A stretch of 64,000 bases of DNA from Cenococcum geophilum. Its lineage: Eukaryota. The position numbers were made by a program, and so were the translations under genes. Where the stretch lies: NCBI GenBank assembly GCA_050273025.1, contig CP158635.1, positions 11,904,001 to 11,968,000 of the forward strand, read 5' to 3'. Shown one piece after another: positions 52,420 through 64,000 of the stretch; position 1 is the stretch's first letter, and every line of letters starts with the position of its first letter. The notes under the pieces were generated by a model that was not told the origin of the DNA, did not search any database, and saw nothing but the letters and a program-made list of their open reading frames with translations.

Positions 52420-54210
52420 TCTTAATTCTATATCGCAAAAAGCCTGCGATTATTCTACTAAGTAAAATACTTATACTAGCACGTTCCGGGAAAGCTATAA
52501 TAGAGGCTTATTTTAATCTTTTTTTAGTACTTCTTACTACCTTATAGAGACTTTCTATAAAGGGCTAAGTGCCTACTATAGAGGTGAAGCGGAAGGTTGG
52601 TCTAATATATTAGGCAGCTAGTTTATAATCTCCTCTTTAGGGGTTAGTGGCTAAGATTAACTTTCTACTAATACTGGCTGCTAAGGTTATAGACTTAATT
52701 AATTCTACGGGTTGTTACTATAAAGTTAACTGAGATAAAGGAGAGATATTAAGAGACCCTCTAGAAATTAAATCTCTAGGAGGTAACGATAGCTTTAGGA
52801 GAGTCCTCTATATACGTCTATAAGCGTTTTCCTGCTTATATAAGCAGATTCTTTTTATTTAGTCTCTATAATAATTACCTTAGTAGTGCCAGATTTTATA
52901 GGTTATAACAACTATTCTTACTACTAGCTTAAGGGAGTTAGGGTAGCGTTCTTATTAAAGGAAGGCCTACTAAAAAGTTCTAGTAGCTATTATAAGCGCC
53001 TAGAGGTAGACTTAATGGCTATAGCAATAGCGGTAGGAATAGAAGTAGACTCTATAGATTGTTATAGGGGGAAATAAGGTAGTAGTATATTTTCTGCAGT
53101 TATGGCACTTATATATATAGGAGTTTAACTAGTACGCTCCTTATAAATTAGTAAATTACTTTCTTTTAGGGAGAACATAGAGTTAAAATAAGAAGTAATA
53201 TTAGGTTAACGTCCTCGCACCTAGGGCATTAAACCTCTTCTTAGTAGTAAAATGTAGCCCTATAGCACCCGTAAAATAGGCTCCCTACTAAGATATATAC
53301 TTTGACGTCTACTAGTTTACTATTAGCGGATTGCGTAGCGGACGAGTTTAAGGCCTATACTTGCTTAATATTAAATATTAGGGAATATAAAGAACGACTT
53401 AAAGCAAAATGTAAACTATGACGTAAATAAGGTTTCTTTTTAGCATTCAGAACTCTAGAGACTAAAAAGGGGCTACCTAGTCCGAGGCCTATTTTTGGGC
53501 TCTATATAAGAGGGATTAAAAAGCGGCTTCTATTAGCTATAATTAGATACCTATACTCTAAGGGTTAGCTTTACTATCCTACGCGAGGACTATATTCTAA
53601 ACTGTGCCCCTAGGATATCTAGAGCAATTATATAAATATGGTTCCTCTTATACTTATATTAGTAAGTTCTATAACAATAAAAAAGGCTATATATTTACTT
53701 GCTATTGTATAAGTTTTATATTTTCTACTAGGCTAGGTCTAGCTTAAGATTAAAGCCTTAATAGCATCGCCCTAGCTATAACTATATTCGCTAGTAAACC
53801 CGCATTAACTCCTTTTTATCTTTTACCCTTAGTAAATGGCTTATACCCCTATATAGAGGTAACCGTTTAAATCTAGATTAGTAATTTATTAAGCTCTAGT
53901 ATTATTAGCTTTACTAATTTCGCTATTATATCTAGCTCTTATAGGCCCGAAAGTACCTCTCTCTTAAACTTAACCTTAATAGTGCATTATAGTCCTTATT
54001 AAACGGATAGATCTCCTACTATATGCTCCGCAACCTCTTAGTCTAATATTACTATAATCCTACTAAACACTACCAACTTATCCTTTAACTTTAATGCAAC
54101 CGCTAAACTTTAGTTTAATAGTTTATAGCGCCACGCCAACAAACCCCTATTTTTAATTATTTGTTTAATATATATTAATAGGGTAGTTTTAGGAAGTTAC
54201 TCTATTTATC

Positions 54211-54308
54211 TGGTTTTCTAGTAGATGGTTTCTAGTAGATGGTTTTTAGTAGATGGTTTTTAGTAGATGGTTTTTAGTAGATGGTTTTTGGTAGATGGTT
54301 TCTGGTTA
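54211..54308. repeat. 14-bp tandem repeat (tggtttYtRgtaga) x7
   Basis: Seven near-identical head-to-tail units without spacers. Confidence 0.9.
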
Positions 54309-54969
54309 ATAGTTTAACTGAAATTCTTTAGTTTACTGCTTTGGGTTATATACTAAATAGAGTTTTTTGCCACGGCAATAGATTAAATATAGTGCTATAT
54401 AATAACAAGAACTATAATCGAATTCTATTAATATAATATATAATTAATGTTTTAATAAAACCTAGCTCTAATTTTTCCTCTAGCTGTTTTAATTAAGACT
54501 ACTTTTTTATAACTGCGGGGGGAGTGCGTTTAGAGGGGTGCTTAGAGCTTTTTTTAGAGTCTGCTCCCTTTAAGGAAAGGTAAACAAGTTTAGCTAGCTT
54601 AAAATTATCCTACTTTATTATAGTTGCAATAAACAAGGCGTGATTAAATGTATAGTTATAATAAAACGTCTGCATAGTAAAGATAACAAATATTAATATT
54701 CTTGTTGCTATGTCTTATCCTATATAGCTAGTGGGTTAGCCTATAAGAGCTATATAGCCTTATAATTAGCTATCTTACAAAGCGCGGGATTATAAAAAAG
54801 GATTAGGCATAATTGGCACTAATAAGCGCTTAGCACGGCTATTTAATAAAATAATAGCTAAGCGGAGCTAGAGCTAGTAATTATTATATAAAACAACTAT
54901 GTAATAAAAGTCCCTATTATTTCTTATGCCAGTTTTTAAATATTCTTTTATTCTTTATATATTAACACC

Positions 54970-55125
54970 ATAGCGAAATAGGAGAAAGACGAAATTAATT
55001 ACCTAAGAGATATTGCTATAGATAATAAGACACCGGCCAAATTTTCTAATTTCCTTAAAAACTTTATAGGCAAGACTAGGACTATAGAAAGTATATAGGC
55101 CAAATATAAGGTGCTGAAGTTGCCT
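54970..55125 (+). pseudogene. Possible Myb/SANT-like N-terminal domain of a RIP-killed gene (may extend to ~56350)
   Basis: De-RIPed MAKWEKDEIDYLRDIA...AKFSNFL..F.GKTRT.ES.QAKYKVLK fits the W..EE...L...RT..S...KY pattern. Confidence 0.4.
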
Positions 55126-56864
55126 TATAAATAAAAGAAAAAAGCATTAAAAAAAGGAGATATAGTTAATAGTAACGCCTTAACAGTATTAGATACGCAT
55201 TAAAACAAGCTAGAAATACTAGCTTTTACTTTTATAATATCTATAGACCTTGGCGGATACGTAAGTTATAGCGTAAAGATATAAATTATATAGTTCCTAA
55301 TATTGATTCCTAGGTATATACTAATATACCTCCAAACAAACTATAATAGAATTTGTTTTATATAGATAACGACTAGTTAACTACTAAATTATCCTAAAAC
55401 GTAAAAGGGTGCTAATATTATTCTAATAATTATTACTCTGCTATCTTTTGTTAGTAGTTTAACCTAGTAAAATCTAAATTGTATTATCTTAACACGAAAT
55501 CCTTATAAGTATATCTATCCTCCTATATATAATAGTTAATTTATATAATGCATATAAATTGTTAATAAAAATGGCTTATATATTAAGAATAGTTGTACTA
55601 GCAACCTTTACTTGCCTAAAATTTAAATTAGACGGATTTATATTAAAATAAAGCCTATATATCTGTAGGCAAAGCTTAAAAAGAAGTATTAAGAGTATAG
55701 CAGGAATTAGCCTTAAGGTGTAGTAAGCAAATATAAATATCCACTATAGCGCTAGTTTGCTGTTGCTTATATTAAATACTTATACTTTTTAAGAATATAA
55801 ATAGAGATACCTATATTAAGGATACAGCGCAGTATAAGATTAAATAACCCTAAAAAAGTATTACAAAACTAATATTGGATAGGGAGGAAATGTCGCCGGT
55901 CTTTGCAGTTAAGAAAATACTAAGATGTTAGAAGATTGGGAGTATATCCTATTAAGTTTAATAAAAGGAGAGTATAATTATTAGAGTAAGATTACTTAAA
56001 CCTTTACTAGACGGGTGTCTGGCTTAAGAAGTATATAAACTCCAGCCGTACTCTTCCCTAAGATTAAATTCCTATATTATATTCGTGGATATTTATACCT
56101 AGTTTTAAGTTAGTATATTTTATAAAGTACTATAGAAAGATTTATAGGTTTTAGAGTCATTTTTTAAAGTAGACGGATTATTATTATATAAATTTTGGAC
56201 CTGGAAGTATTTAAGCTAAGACTTATACGTTTATTAAAGTATAATAGCTGTTTAAGTATTTTAACGGGTCTTTAGCATAAAGGTCGATAGTAGTAGATAT
56301 AAGAGATGGATATGGAGAGCGCCTTTAGCGAGAAATTTTATAGATTAGATAGCTAAAGCATTGTAGAGACTAAACTTTCCTCTAAGAATATTTTAACACG
56401 TATTAATTTTTTAATATATCTTTTTTTTAGGCATAGGAAAGATCGAGCTAATTACTAATAAAACTTTTAGTGTAAGCTAACTTACTATAACTAGAGTTAT
56501 ACTAGATATAATATAAGGGCTAACCCTAGTAAGAGAAGTAGTAGTAGTTAAGATCTATATTCCTAGTATTAATTAATAGTTTAGTGTAATTTGTCCTAAA
56601 TAATCCGCTATCTTACTAAATATATCTAATCTTATAATTCCCTAAAATAATTTCCACCTAAATTTAGAACTACTAAGCCACTAAGTTTTACTATTTATTA
56701 AAGCCCCTAAGATATGAATCTGACTATTAGGTTATACCTCTTCTATATTTTCTATAAAATTAAATAACTATAACCTACTTAAAGAAACCTAAGTAAGTAG
56801 ACATAAAGCCTATTACCTATAGACTCTTAAAATATAGCCCTCCAAAACACTTAAGTAAAGAGAG

Positions 56865-59800
56865 TGTTTGTATCAACTTAATAATACAATTGAGTTATAT
56901 CCAGGGGCACGAAATACGTATAGTATCGTATGCTCTTTTAGATAATAGTAACTATCGATTATATAAAGCAGACTACGTAGTCTATATACTAATGCGCCTC
57001 CCCCTTAATTAGTTAGTGCTCTAGGAGTGCATTAAACGCGTAAGTAAGTAGTTAGTGCACCAAACGCATAAACGCGTAGTTAATGTACCAAACGCGCAAG
57101 CACGCGGTTAGTATAGCAGGTGCTATAATTATACACTAGCGGTACTTAAAAAATGAAACTACTTATATATAGCCTCCGTAATTGCCTTAATAAAACTGTA
57201 GAACACGTAAGAAAATATAAAGGAAATCCCTCCTAAGGTGCCCTCTGGCCTGCCTTCCAAACGGTACTTTAAGTCAGCCGTAAGTCCTACTTACGGTCCG
57301 CAAAATAAGCTATACGGTCTTCTAACAGGCCATAAATGTACCGTACGGCCTTTTAACAGGCCGTAATAAACCATACAGCCTTCCGACAGGCCGTAAATGG
57401 ACTATAGGTACTCCATTAGTCTCATTCTACCCATTCTATAACTTTTAGGTTAAGCTTATTCGTATTAATTAGGGGTTTTAAAGCTTAACACGGCTTTGCC
57501 TTAGTCATAGCGTCTACTAGGTTATCTTCACTGCTAATCCATTTAACCTCCATAATCTTACGTTATTTATAGGCCTAACGTAAGCACATTAGGTCAACTA
57601 TAAGCCTCTTCTCTTATATCGTACCTAGTTTAACTAGGCAGTTATAAAGGGACTTTAAATCAGTGCATAAAACTAAGGGTAGCTACTCCAATTATAGGAT
57701 CTTCTGGATCGTTAATTTAATTACGGCTACTATATTAAAGCTATAGGCTAGTGCATATAGTTTAGAAGCTAGTACACTGCGGGTTACTTATTTACATTTA
57801 ATTAAAGACCAATATAGTATATTTACGTCTTAATTACGGTCCGTAAGTATAATTACAAAGCCGATTTATAATAATAGGTCCCTATTATTAGCGAAGAAGG
57901 CGTCCGTAAATACCATTACGCTAATAAAATTTAGGTCTAGCGGTACAAAAGTAAATCCTCTTATCGCATTATTAATCTACTATTAAATGCGCTTATTAAG
58001 CTGCTTAATATTTTCTTTTTATAAATCTACTGCCTAGGCCGTAAAGGATAAGTCGTAGGCAGATTTGGGTTAGCAGACTATAGTAATATAGGCGCCTCTT
58101 GCACGCTATACAGCGTATTAGTCCTTTATATTTACGGTCTTATAGGTCTCTTTACGGGAACTAGTAAGGTCCGTAGGCTTTACTATAACAAGCTTTAGGT
58201 TTTAAGCTTAGCATTCCTAGATTAGCTAGATTAAGTTGCCCTTTTATATAATTAAGCCTCCGTTAAACTTAATTAGAGTCTACTTAGTTAACTACTCTTA
58301 TAGCTTTACCAGGAACTTAGCTTCTTATAGTTTAATCTCCTCTACGTCCGCAAAAGTCTGGTCCACTAAAAAGAGAGTATTGTTTATTTAGAGCCCAATA
58401 ATACCAAGGCCGTTTAATAGGGTGTATAGGAGGCAAGGGTTATAGGTCAACTACTCTATCTTAAGTTTACGGACGTAATGCTAGTAATACGTCTTAAACT
58501 AGTGGTTTTTAGCTTCTGGCACTCTATAAAGTGGTTTTATAACCTATAAAATTATTCCTAGTTACAAATTAAGCTCGAGCGGTAGTTATATAAAGATGTC
58601 CCTACTTAGGTAGATATTAGACTATACGTAGGCTTTTAAGATATCCTATAAGTAAAGGGCTACGGATTTAGTTTGCTATAGTCCAGGCGTAAGCGCAAGT
58701 ATAATCCGTTAACTAACCCATTAAATTATAGGTAATTACGTAAGGACTAAGTCCTTTCCCTAGTCGTTATAAGCTTATATAACGAGCCTTAACTTTTTAA
58801 AGGCTTTATTAGTACTAGGGTGCTTAATTTTATTAATAAAGCGCGAGTTAAATATATAGACGCCTTGCGGAACGTCTCTCTCTATTATAACCGCAAAGAC
58901 GCCCTTTTTAAGTAGTCCGTTAATCTCTTTGCGTTATAAGTCCGTAAAAGGGGTTTCTTATACTAGAACTAATATATCCATAAACGGAGATTGCCTTACG
59001 GATATATCTGCGGAGGTTAGGTAATTCTCTATTATAGGGTTCTTAGTTATAGGGTGCTTTTAGGGGCGTCCTTAACCACGTTTTACGGCAGGTTTAGCGG
59101 GTTTAGTAGGTTTGTAGGGGACTTCTATAGCAGGTATAGGTGCTTCTAGTTCGTCTAAAGGCGGGGGTATTTCCAGTTTATCTAGTTTAATATTATGGGT
59201 GTTTTTGGACTGAAAGCAGGGTTTTACAGACATGCTTCTAAAGTTAGTTAGTCTACTAGGAAGTTATACACAGCACGTTTCGTCTTTTATAGCCAGTAAA
59301 CAATAAAGCCTAGTCTAGTTGCCGCTCTTACACTATATAAGGACTTCAGAATTAAGCGGGAGGTTATAAACTAAGGTCGTATTAGGTCCGTTGCGGTAAT
59401 ATAGGGCTATTAACAGTTTATTTAGCCCGTAATTTAACTATTTCGGCCATTACCTTCTATATTATAGCTGCTCGTTCCGTAATAGATGGGGTAAAAGGGC
59501 CTAGGTTACTTATCCTTAGGTAGGCTCCGTAAACCAAAAGGGTAGGTACTAGTCCGTTAGGGCCAGCGGTATTATTAACGGCTTTTACGGCCATCTATAA
59601 AGCCAGTTCCTTTTAGATATCCTTATACTTATCCATAATAATCTAATAAGCTCTCCGTAGAGCTAGGTAAGCTCGCTTAATAAGCCCAATGGACCAGTAC
59701 GCCTTAACTAGAACGGCTTTTGTTAAAATAGCCATAGCTATAGCGTATTATTGGAATTCCTTGCTAATAAAGTTCCTACTAGCGTTATAGGTAATATACT

Positions 59801-61743
59801 TAGGAGGTCTAAGGTATATATCAATCTAGTAGGTCCGTAAAATGTCCTAAATATACTTTACGGATATATTTTATAGCCAATAGGCGGCTTAATAGCGGGT
59901 TGCCTTGTTAATTATATATAATACTAAGCTGCCGTTAATATACATAATATCTACGTACACTAAGTGGTTAAAATCAAGATCCTTATAAAGGGTGAACTTA
60001 AATCAGCCTGGGGAGCGTCCGTATTTCTAGCAAAAGGAGTAATATTTAGTCAGGTGGTCGATTGCCTTTCTATCAACGTTGTTATATCCAGAGCATTCAA
60101 GGACTCTATATAGCTTTTCGGCTAATAGGTAGCCAAAACAGCGGTATAGGCAGTGGATTTCAGTACTAGTAAGGTAGCACGGGTTATAGTTAAAAGATTC
60201 CTAAATATAGGTCCGTAAAGCCTCTCCCTATATAAGAAACGGGTGTCCAAATCGTTATATAATTAGTAGGGTAATATACTTACTTCCTAGGGCAGTTGCG
60301 GGGCCAATTAGGGTATCCGTAACATTGTTATAGTAAACCTATAGCCTATCTATATCCGCAAGGCAGAGTAGGAAGGAGGTATCCGCTTTTACTATATAGA
60401 AGTTAACTAGGCCAATTAGAGTCTTAACTTTAACTAATCCAATTAATACAGTTAAGCCAATGCCGAATTGGACATTTACGGCCCTAGCTTATATAGTATT
60501 AATATCTATATTATCATTTACAGTGGTCTTATATACAAGATATTGTCTATAACCTATAGTAGACTTCTTAGAGGCACCTATATCAATTATAACGCCATAG
60601 AATTCTTTAGGGGTATAGCGTTCCGTAGTAACATATACGAATAGGTCCTATTTACGGTCCGTAATATCTATAACGGGTTTAATAGGTGTGCTTATAGGCT
60701 AGTTTTTGGGTGCAATTAAGTGTATAAAGGAGCGGTCGGCTAATACGGTCATAGTATTAAAGGCTTAGCTATCCATAAAAGGTCTAAAAGTAGTTAAGAA
60801 CGTCTCTGCGGTCTCCTATTTCTAGGTATTTAAGTTAAAGTTAATTATAAGGGCTTCCATTAACTTATCAAGAGACTCTTCTACTTCCTCTCCTTCGTAG
60901 TCTAAGATAAACTAGTTAATCCATCTGTTGAATCTCTTCTTAGACTTATTATATTCTTCCTAGGTATACCTTATAGACTAATATCCTTCCTTACCATATA
61001 TAAAGCACTTTTGGCTAGTTTATCTGCGGGGGTATGCTTTTATACGGGAGTTATTATAGGGGTTGCGGGTAGGACCTAGTCAATATAGGTACTGCTAGCG
61101 GTAGCGGCGGTCCGTAAAGTAGGCATCTAAGTTAGTTTATAGATTTTATAGGTCCGTAATAAAGGCTTAAGTACTGCCTAGTGGGTTAAGGCTTTATACG
61201 TTACAATAGAGGACCGTAAATCGTTAATAAGGCCAGCTACGGTGTCTGCGGGCTTATAATAGGCGTATTTATAGGGTTCCATTTCCTAGCAAGCCGTAAT
61301 AAGTTTATTATACAGGAAGTCGTCTATTTAAAGCTTAATATTAAGACCGTGCTATAGGTGGCGAAGGTCTTTAATAAGGATTTATAGGCACTCTATAGTC
61401 GATTTTTTAGTGTTCTTATCTATTACGGTTTATAACTTAGTCGCATTCCATTAGGTAAGGATATCACGCTTATATTCCGGTCCTTTAAAGTAGTTATATA
61501 TGGCTTTATATAGCTTATTAAAGGGAATACCAAGGGGGTTATTCTTAAGGTTGGTGTAGTAGTGGTTAAGTGCTAGGCCGCGCAGTATAGTAGAGTAGGC
61601 TTAGCTAAACTCCTATTTAGGAATATTAGCCTTCTAATAGAGGTCCGTAAAGATAGTCAGTTTAAAGTTAAAGTTATCATTTTCACCGCTATACTTAGAT
61701 TCGTCGGTATAGAGCTTAGCTAGGTTAGCTAGCTCCTTACTAT
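56865..61743 (-). mobile_element. Ty1/Copia element of a second family; 5' part displaced by hAT insertion
   Basis: Minus strand: gag KELANLAKLYTDESKYSGENDNF (~61735-61670), PR IDIGAS ~60580, IN FKFTL ~60000 and YLGPP ~59810, RT KPLYGVPEA.NH ~58530, RNase H FTDAFFANN ~57900 and EKRL ~57610. Putative 3' LTR ~56865-57135 with ~28-bp repeats (boundaries inferred). ~30-bp tandem repeats at ~57313-57405. Confidence 0.9.
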
Positions 61744-64000
61744 CAGTGTAAGAGATGGATAGATCGAGATTGGATCGGGATCCATCAATCCACTAATCCA
61801 CGCCTAATCCATTGGTGGCGTGGATATGGATCTAGATCCAATAGTTATCCATTTGTGGCGTTGTTGAGGCAACGCTGTAATATATTAATCACTACACTGA
61901 CCATTAGATGGCGTAAAAGGGGTGAACTGGTGCATTAGCAGTAAAAATAATAAAGTCTCTTACCTCTTATTCTCATCATTACCATTAACTATGCCTCTAA
62001 AGCTAAGAAAGAAGAAGGTTATTGCTAAACCACCTTTACCACCTCTACCACTACTACCTCCCTCAAACGTACCTCCACACCTCCAGTCATGAGATGGCCC
62101 TACTTAACAGCCTCACCGCCGTACCGCCTGGTCTCCCGACTTGTCAAATATAGTAGTAAGGCCAGAAGATTAAGTCTCTAATATAACCGAGCCCGATCGA
62201 TCTACAATTTAAACAACGCCAACGCCTAATCCCGATATACCTAAGATCTTGACTCTTATAACAGCTCCAACGTTTAGTACGTTTAGTGCTGATTGGTCTG
62301 CTAAAGCGCGCGCTAGCGAGGCTCCTCCTAAAGATAAGAGTTAGTTTAATTAGTCCTGGGTCAACTGGAACAGATTACCTGGCTATATCATCCTAATCTC
62401 CAAAGATAACGGTAAGCTCTCCTCCCCAATCTGGCGGTTAGGCGTATTAATGGAGAACCATAAGACCAGTGACCGGTGGTGGCTCTATAAGGAGTGTCAT
62501 TACAAGTATAGTATTAAGGCCCACTCCTGGAACACCCGTAAAGGAAGCTCTAATATTATAAAGCATATTTAAGTAGTTTATGGTTGTACATTTAACAAGA
62601 AGGGTAAGGAGGTGCCGTACGCGTTAAAGTCAATCTCCGTACTTAAAGGTCTCGATATAAATAATCCCCAAAAACAGCAGGTTCTTAATGAGTTGGCACG
62701 TGCGTTTAATAAGAAGACATTTAGGCGACTTCTTCTTTAATAGATCGTCTATAATAACGTGTCTTTTAGGTAAGTTAATGGGCCGGTTTTTCGCGAGTTT
62801 ATTAAATATCTGTTGCCTTGAGCAGTAGAATATATGCCTAGTAGATGGTTAGTTAGATCTTGGATTATTAAGGGCTATACTTACTATAAGGCGGTAGTAA
62901 AGAGAGAGCTATAACGCGCGGTTAGTAAGATCTATTTATTTTTTAACTTATGGACGTTAGGCAACCTTCTTTTACTTAATAGCGTTATTGCCCACTTTCT
63001 TAATAAAGATTTCGAGCCTTAAGTAACTCTTCTTGCTATTCTAGAGCAGACTAGCTTATATGCTAGTATTAATATTACAGAAGGTATAATTGCCGTAATT
63101 AAAGACTTTGGCATTAAGAATGAGTAGATTAGGTATTTTATACTAGATAACGCGACTAATAATAATACGGCAATAACGGCCATTATAAAGGAGTTTAACT
63201 TTAATCCAATTAAGCGCTAGCTATGTTGTTTAGGCCATATTATTAACATTATTGCCCGCTACCTCTTATACGGTTATAACCCAGATTTATTTAAAGCGAA
63301 GGATGTGGTACCTAAAGATATAAAGGCGCAGTTATAGATATGGAGGAAGTGAGAACTAGTTAGTAAAGCTTATAACTTAATTATATAGGTGTATACAAGC
63401 CCTTAAAGAAGACATTAGTGGCATAAAAGTAAGTAGTTCTAAAAGTATAAACTAGTTAATAGTGTTAATAAATTATTAGGCTAAAAGACGTATCTCTAGA
63501 GCATCCTTTTAGAGGACTAATAGGACACAATAACAACCTAAGACCTCTCCCGATTTAACGCTACCCGCTAGAATAGTACTTATAAGGAATTCTATACACT
63601 AAATCAGCTTTACGCACCATTTAAAGACTTTATATAGTTAGAGCAGTAACGCGCAAGATAACTAAAAGAGAGGCTAAAATCTACTTGGCTAGAAGACCAG
63701 GACAACGCTTAGAATATAATCTTTAAAGATACGCTTACTGCGGATAATTAGGAGGTTCTAATATAGTACAAAAATTTACTTAAACCATGCTGGGTTGCAA
63801 CTATGGACCTGTAAGGCTAACTAGGTGATGGCAAGTTATACGGGCTAGTTAATGTTCAGCAGGACATCGAATGTATTACTAAAGAACTTACCTCCGCGTA
63901 CGAACGCTTTAAATCCGCACCGCCCTTATCAATTAAAGGAGAATGGCATTTTGCTACGCAAATCAAGTTCGCACTTAATAAGGCTTAACAGTACTATGCG
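61744..64000 (+). mobile_element. hAT-superfamily DNA transposon (5' end and most of transposase), RIP-damaged, runs off window
   Basis: Subterminal gatcc/ggatc repeats 61755-61850 and ATG at 61991. BED-like WWLC.ECH ~62477, SKIHLSFDLWTS.N ~62922, IGYFILDNATNNDT ~63130, RLCCLGHIINIIA ~63215, NATRWNS ~63557. Left boundary uncertain by ~8 bp. Confidence 0.9.

Noticed and set aside
54211..57405. Tandem repeats as a CRISPR array or telomeric repeat
   Set aside because: No unique spacers, no cas genes, eukaryotic context, and the units are not TTAGGG.
1..64000. Alternative genetic code with TAA/TAG read-through
   Set aside because: Stops fall at both Gln and Trp/Arg positions, differ between copies of the same element, and come with Cys>Tyr, His>Tyr and Asp>Asn changes, as expected from RIP.

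Overview
AT-rich, heavily RIP-mutated transposon graveyard from a filamentous ascomycete genome. CpA/TpG is depleted, TpA and TAA/TAG stops are everywhere, and CpG is retained. No intact protein-coding gene is visible, and the seven supplied ORFs are chance frames or short remnants inside dead elements. Protein motifs quoted below are my reconstructions after mentally reversing RIP-type C>T/G>A changes, not literal translations. The window holds two Tad1-like LINEs and three Ty3/Gypsy chromoviruses (two complete with TSDs). It also holds three complete copies of one Ty1/Copia family (all with 5-bp TSDs), a truncated second Copia family interrupted by a hAT transposon, a hairpin MITE, a Mutator-like TIR element, and Fot1/pogo and PIF1-helicase fragments. 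The backbone these elements inserted into carries RIP-killed cellular-type genes: a dynamin-family GTPase, a RING-H2 protein and a possible Myb/SANT protein. The most unusual signals are (i) a ~170-bp twin-palindrome module shared by the 3' UTRs of a Gypsy and the Copia family, with a compensatory change, (ii) a Copia copy lacking exactly a 52-nt GT..AG segment, and (iii) the dead-gene backbone, which may be a relic giant cargo element.
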